In this document: piece by piece, positions 59,746-64,000 of the stretch
Layout: each line of letters begins with the position of its first letter
How positions within the stretch are numbered: position 1 is the stretch's first letter
Source: Elusimicrobiota bacterium
GTDB taxonomy: Bacteria > Elusimicrobiota > Elusimicrobia > UBA1565
Length of the DNA stretch: 64,000 nucleotides
Assembly: GCA_043827405.1 (NCBI GenBank)
Contig: JBDRPD010000087.1
Span: 1-64,000 of the forward strand
Direction: 5' to 3'
Notes under the pieces: model-generated
The model's database searches: none
What the model was told of the DNA's origin: nothing
Seen by the model: only the letters and a program-made list of their open reading frames with translations
Translations under genes and position numbers: made by a program

Positions 59746-60647
59746 GTCCGCCCCTTCCGGCGGACCGCGTGGCCGCCGAACTCGCCGCGCAGCGCAGACA
59801 AGAGCTTGTCCGAGAATGCGTCCTTTTGGCGGGAACGGAAGCGGCGGAAAAGGGCAAGCGCGATCGTCGGCACGGGCACGGCCGCCTCCACCGCCTCCTG
59901 GACGGTCCAGCGGCCCTCGCCCGAATCCGGCACGTAGCCCGCGACCGATTTCAGCTCCGGGTCTTTTTGCAGCGCGCTCTCGATGAGCTCCAGCAGCCAG
60001 GAGCGCACGACGCTCCCCCGGTTCCAGAGGCCGGCGATTCGGCGGAGATCCATTTTCGCCGGATGGGAGCGCAGGAGCTCAAAGCCCTCGGCGTAGGCCT
60101 GCATGAGCGCATATTCGATACCGTTGTGGATCATTTTGACGAAATGCCCGGTTCCGGCCGGACCGACATGCGCATAGCCGTTCTTGGGCGCCAAGGTCTT
60201 GAACACCGGCTCAAGCGTCCTGAAGGCGCGCCGCTCGCCGCCGATCATGAGGCAGTACCCCTCTTTGAGCCCCCATATGCCGCCGCTCACCCCCGCGTCG
60301 AGGTAATGGATTCCTTGGCGGCCGAGAACACGCACATGCTCGGCGTCGTCTTTGTATAGGGAGTTCCCTCCGTCCACGACGATATCCCCCTTATCGAGAA
60401 GCGCGGAAAGCTCGCGGACCGCCGCCCGAACGGGCTCGCCGGCCGGGATCATGAGCCATACCGATCTCGGCGCCTTGAGCTTGGCCACAGCTTCCTTGAT
60501 GGTCCGGGCTCGCGATGCGCCGAAGCGAACCGCGGCGGTCACGGCCTTCCCGTCGCGATCGCATCCCACGACCTGATGCCCGCCTTTAATGAGGCGGCGC
60601 GTCATGTTTAAGCCCATCTTGCCCAACCCGATCATCGCTATGCGCAT
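59742..60647 (-). CDS. gnd: Decarboxylating 6-phosphogluconate dehydrogenase (short form)
   Basis: GLGKMG, DGGNS, GVSGG, GHFVKMIHNGIEY, DSGEGRW, FGGH. Confidence 0.94.
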   Translation of the reverse strand: MRIAMIGLGKMGLNMTRRLIKGGHQVVGCDRDGKAVTAAVRFGASRARTIKEAVAKLKAPRSVWLMIPAGEPVRAAVRELSALLDKGDIVVDGGNSLYKDDAEHVRVLGRQGIHYLDAGVSGGIWGLKEGYCLMIGGERRAFRTLEPVFKTLAPKNGYAHVGPAGTGHFVKMIHNGIEYALMQAYAEGFELLRSHPAKMDLRRIAGLWNRGSVVRSWLLELIESALQKDPELKSVAGYVPDSGEGRWTVQEAVEAAVPVPTIALALFRRFRSRQKDAFSDKLLSALRGEFGGHAVRRKGRT

Positions 60648-60707
60648 AAAATCCCCCTGCCAGTGCCGACTGACAATCAGTTTCCCATACTACCTGGGTA
60701 TAAGTGA

Positions 60708-60727
60708 AGCGCCGCGGCCGCGGCGCT
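60708..60727. other. 20-bp GC-rich perfect palindrome just after the transketolase stop codon
   Basis: AGCGCCGCGGCCGCGGCGCT. Confidence 0.6.
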
Positions 60728-60729
60728 CC

Positions 60730-61671
60730 TCACGCCAAGCCGCGCAGACAGGCCTGCGCGATGTGTTCGCTGGACAGTCCGTGTTTTCGGTACAGTTCGG
60801 CGCCGTCCGCGGATTCCCCGAAGTCGCGGACGCCGAGGCGCACAACGGGACAGGCCGCGCCCTGTTCAGCCAGCGCCTCGCTGACGGCGCTGCCGAGGCC
60901 GCCGATGACGTTGTGGTCCTCGACGGTGACGATGCGGCCGCTTTCCGCCGCCGCCGCCGCCACGGCGCCGCCGTCGAACGGCGCGATGGTCGCGGCGTTG
61001 ACGACGCGGACCGCGGTTCCTTGACGCTCGAGTTCGCGCGCCGCGGCGAGCGCTTCGCCGACCGTCCCGCCGGAGGCGAATATCGTCGCCTGCAGGGGAG
61101 CGCCGCCGCGCCGGGGCTCGAACAGGGTATCGGCAACGCCGACCTTGAACACGTAGTCGCGCGCATGGACATCGTCCATCTTTTGCCGCGTCAGACGGAT
61201 ATAGACCGGCCCGGGGTACGTGATCATCCACTCGACCGCCTGCTGCGTCTCCCGGTCGTCGGCGGGCTGCAGGATGGTGACATGCGGGAGCGAGCGCATC
61301 GCGCCCAAGTCCTCCAAACCCATCTGTGAGGCCCCGTCCTCGCCGATGCCGATGCCCGCATGCGTACCGACGAGCTTGACGTCGGCGCGGTTGTAGGCGA
61401 CGGCGACCCGGATCGTCTCCAAGCGGCCGACGAGGAAGCAGGCGAAGCTCGTCGCCACCGCGGTCTTGCCGCACAGCGCCAGTCCCGCCGCGGCGCCGAT
61501 CATGTTCTGCTCGGCGATGCCGAACTCGAAGTGCCGGTCGGGGAATTCCTTTTGAAAATCGACGGTCATGGTCGATTTAGCCAAGTCGGCGTCGAGGACG
61601 ACGAGGTTCTTGTGCTTGCGTCCGAGCCGCGCCAATGCTTCGCCGAAGGAGCTGCGCGTCGCCCTACCCAT
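60730..61671 (-). CDS. Transketolase C-terminal subunit
   Basis: LDADLAKST, GIAEQNM, GEDGASQM, VEDHNVIGGLG. Confidence 0.93.
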   Translation of the reverse strand: MGRATRSSFGEALARLGRKHKNLVVLDADLAKSTMTVDFQKEFPDRHFEFGIAEQNMIGAAAGLALCGKTAVATSFACFLVGRLETIRVAVAYNRADVKLVGTHAGIGIGEDGASQMGLEDLGAMRSLPHVTILQPADDRETQQAVEWMITYPGPVYIRLTRQKMDDVHARDYVFKVGVADTLFEPRRGGAPLQATIFASGGTVGEALAAARELERQGTAVRVVNAATIAPFDGGAVAAAAAESGRIVTVEDHNVIGGLGSAVSEALAEQGAACPVVRLGVRDFGESADGAELYRKHGLSSEHIAQACLRGLA

Positions 61672-62500
61672 TGCGCAGCTCCTTGACGGCGCGGTCCGCC
61701 TCGTCTTTGCCGGGGACCTTGCCGTGCCAGCCGATGTCGTTTTCCATAAATGAGACGCCCTTCCCTTTTACCGTTTTTGCGATGATCGCCAACGGCCGCT
61801 GCTGTTCCCGCCGCGCCTCGCCCAGCGCCCGCCGGATCGCGGCGAAATCGTGGCCGTTGATCTCGGCCGTATTCCAGTTGAAGGCCTGGAACTTGGCGGC
61901 GAGGGGCGCGATATCCATGATCTCCGCGACCGGTCCGTCGATCTGCCCGCCGTTGCAGTCGACGATTGCCGTCAGATTGCCCAGCTTGAACTTCGGCGCC
62001 GACATGACCGCCTCCCACACCTGGCCCTCCTGCATCTCGCCGTCTCCGAGGATGCACCAAGTGCGGTAGTCCAGCTTATCCAGACGGGCGGCCAATGCCA
62101 TGCCGACGCCGATGGATAGGCCTTGTCCCAGTGAACCGGTTGAGACCTCGATGCCGGGCAGGCGCAAGCGGTCCGGGTGTCCCTGCAGCGGGCTGTCCAG
62201 CCGGCGCAGGCGCAGCAGTTCCGTTTTAGGGAAATAGCCCGCGTGCGCCATGATGCTGTAAAGCGCCGGGCAGGCGTGCCCCTTCGAGAGGATGACACGG
62301 TCGCGCTCCGGCCAGCCGGGTTCGTCCGGCCGGTGGCGGATGAACTCGGTATAAAGCACGGACAGGATGTCGATGATCGACAGGGAGCCCCCAGGATGTC
62401 CGGAGCCGGCCCGCTCCAGCATGCGGATGATGTCGATGCGCAGTTCGCGCGTGAGCGCTTCGAGGTCGGTATTCCGTCGTTCATTCCGGACGTCGGCCAT
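61664..62500 (-). CDS. Transketolase N-terminal subunit
   Basis: GHPGGSLS, SKGH, GSLGQG, GDGEMQEG, TVKGKG, WHG; start re-assigned to ATG 62500. Confidence 0.93.
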   Translation of the reverse strand: MADVRNERRNTDLEALTRELRIDIIRMLERAGSGHPGGSLSIIDILSVLYTEFIRHRPDEPGWPERDRVILSKGHACPALYSIMAHAGYFPKTELLRLRRLDSPLQGHPDRLRLPGIEVSTGSLGQGLSIGVGMALAARLDKLDYRTWCILGDGEMQEGQVWEAVMSAPKFKLGNLTAIVDCNGGQIDGPVAEIMDIAPLAAKFQAFNWNTAEINGHDFAAIRRALGEARREQQRPLAIIAKTVKGKGVSFMENDIGWHGKVPGKDEADRAVKELRNG

Positions 62501-62689
62501 AAGTCTGATTCTACAATAATGCGGAATCGCGAAAATTAAATGCGCATCAATAAATCCGTCGCAAGAGCCCGCCGGTGGAAACCGCCCAAGCCGAGGCCTT
62601 CCGGGCAATAAAAACTGGGCCCAAAGCCGCCCGCCCCTGGGGCCAAATACCCTTAACCAAGAGAACGGCGCCGCTATCCTATACGCAGA

Positions 62690-63988
62690 GTGATCCAAAT
62701 AAGAACAAACGGCAAGCGCATTATCGCGTGTCTGCTCGTCCGCGCCCTGCTGCTGAATGTCGCCTGGGCCGCCGTAAAAGCGCCGAAAGCGGCGCCCGTC
62801 GGCCAAACCGGCGCCGTCCCGGTCCATATCGCCGCGCTCGGCGGCCTGCTCTCATCCCAACACGGTTTTCAGCCGGCGCTCAATACGTCGCTCCCCTCTC
62901 TCGCCGGACCGCAGAGCCCGCATACCCTGACGCCGGTCGGTATTAGAGCATCAGACCTCAAAGTGCTGACGGTATTGCCAAGCCATACCGTCAAGCCGGT
63001 CGAGACCGCGGCCAAAGCGCCGGCGCGAACGCTCACCCGCCTGCAGAAATGGTTCGGCAAGTCCGGTTCCAATAAAGAGAAAGTAAGGAATGTATGGGAC
63101 GGTGGGGGATTCCAGAACACCGCCGGAGCCGTCTCCGGGAACTACCGCGCCCCGAACCCCGGCTGGCGGTCCAGCCACGACACGCGAACCGAGGCCGAGA
63201 AGTTCACCAGCGTCCCCGGCAGCGTCTTCGACTGGAAATCCGTGGAGGACTCACCCGGCCACGGCATCCCCCCCCTGGACTGGCTCATCCGCAGGATTTA
63301 CGGCCGCAAAGACTCGCGCTTCACCCAAGGATTCGAGATGTCAAATACCGCGCGGCGGGAAGACGCGCGGGTGTTCCTCTACGGCGAGAAGCACACCGAC
63401 AAAGGGCTGATCGCCGAGAACTTCCGCCGGCTCGCACAGGACACCACGCCGGGCCGGCGCGCCGTCGTCATGGTCGAGGCCTACCTCGGTCCCAATCTCT
63501 TCGGCAGCGAGGCGCTGGGCTACCTGGCCGCGCGCGGGATGGATGTGCGCGGGATATCCCCGGAAGACGTCGAGCTGCGCACCTGGGAGACTCCCGAGAT
63601 CTACCGGGAGACCAGCCACAGCGTGCTCCAGCACCACATGAACCAGTACGATCTCAACCAGCTCATCGGCGGCGGCGGCCGCTGGTTCTCCTACTATCCG
63701 CGCCTGGCGGCCAAGATGACGCGCAACTTCCTAAGCTGGTTCACGATGCGCCGCCAAGCCATCACCCGGCGCAACGCCGAGCTCGACAAGAACCTGGGAG
63801 CGGCGCTAGGCGAGGCGGAGCGCACAGGCGGCAGCGTGCACCTGATCACCGGCGCCGAGCACCTCCTGGAACGCCCGCTCATGGCGAACATGCCCCTGCT
63901 CGGCGGCTATAAGCTCAGAAAGAGCCTGGGCGCCGTTCTCGGCGCAGTGCCCTACCAGATCAGCCGCCCTCCCGATTCGCCGGAGTAA
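62690..63988 (+). CDS. Secreted hypothetical protein, C-terminal EreA/ChaN/TraB-like domain
   Basis: Signal-like N-terminus, low-complexity linker, then VFLYGEKH, VMVE, RRN, ITGAEHL. Confidence 0.5.
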   Translation: MIQIRTNGKRIIACLLVRALLLNVAWAAVKAPKAAPVGQTGAVPVHIAALGGLLSSQHGFQPALNTSLPSLAGPQSPHTLTPVGIRASDLKVLTVLPSHTVKPVETAAKAPARTLTRLQKWFGKSGSNKEKVRNVWDGGGFQNTAGAVSGNYRAPNPGWRSSHDTRTEAEKFTSVPGSVFDWKSVEDSPGHGIPPLDWLIRRIYGRKDSRFTQGFEMSNTARREDARVFLYGEKHTDKGLIAENFRRLAQDTTPGRRAVVMVEAYLGPNLFGSEALGYLAARGMDVRGISPEDVELRTWETPEIYRETSHSVLQHHMNQYDLNQLIGGGGRWFSYYPRLAAKMTRNFLSWFTMRRQAITRRNAELDKNLGAALGEAERTGGSVHLITGAEHLLERPLMANMPLLGGYKLRKSLGAVLGAVPYQISRPPDSPE

Positions 63989-64000
63989 GCCGGCGGCGCT

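Noticed and set aside
133..63912. Numerous long overlapping alternative-frame ORFs in the track
   Set aside because: Expected from stop-codon scarcity at high GC; each overlaps a gene with clear family motifs

Overview
GC-rich bacterial chromosome segment, gene-dense and mostly housekeeping. No phage, IS, integrase or CRISPR array is visible. Several gene styles (pilin-like genes, RDD-pilin fusion, giant coiled coil, secreted hypotheticals) suggest an Elusimicrobiota-like organism, but this is inference only. Contents in order: ugd / UDP-GlcA decarboxylase / GT2 genes; a 1255-aa all-coiled-coil protein; a CHASE2 adenylate cyclase divergent from a TPR+beta-barrel (Slam/DUF560-like) gene and a FecR-domain gene; a mixed operon (cupin, pyrB, Cys-less thioredoxin-fold protein, AI-2E, DEAD-box helicase, D-Ala-D-Ala dipeptidase, dipeptide epimerase); a thiol-redox cluster bracketed by two DsbA-like genes; tRNA-Arg(GCG); assorted envelope genes; mogA-tatC; minor pilins; tRNA-Cys; an ~18-kb combined purine+pyrimidine operon (guaB3 guaA purC purS purL purQ purF purD purE pyrC lipoprotein pyrD pyrF pyrE purM purN-purH fusion); a double-SLT protein; and pentose-phosphate genes. 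The best novelty candidate is an unrecognised structured attenuator/riboswitch-like leader with an intrinsic terminator ahead of the nucleotide operon. Other candidates: the cyclase-Slam-FecR signalling module, a trifunctional PurN-PurH fusion, a 27-bp perfect AT-rich inverted repeat, many apparently leaderless genes, a twin-arginine-like sORF abutting tatC, and several enzymes lacking catalytic residues. All annotations come from motif recognition by eye; no searches were run.
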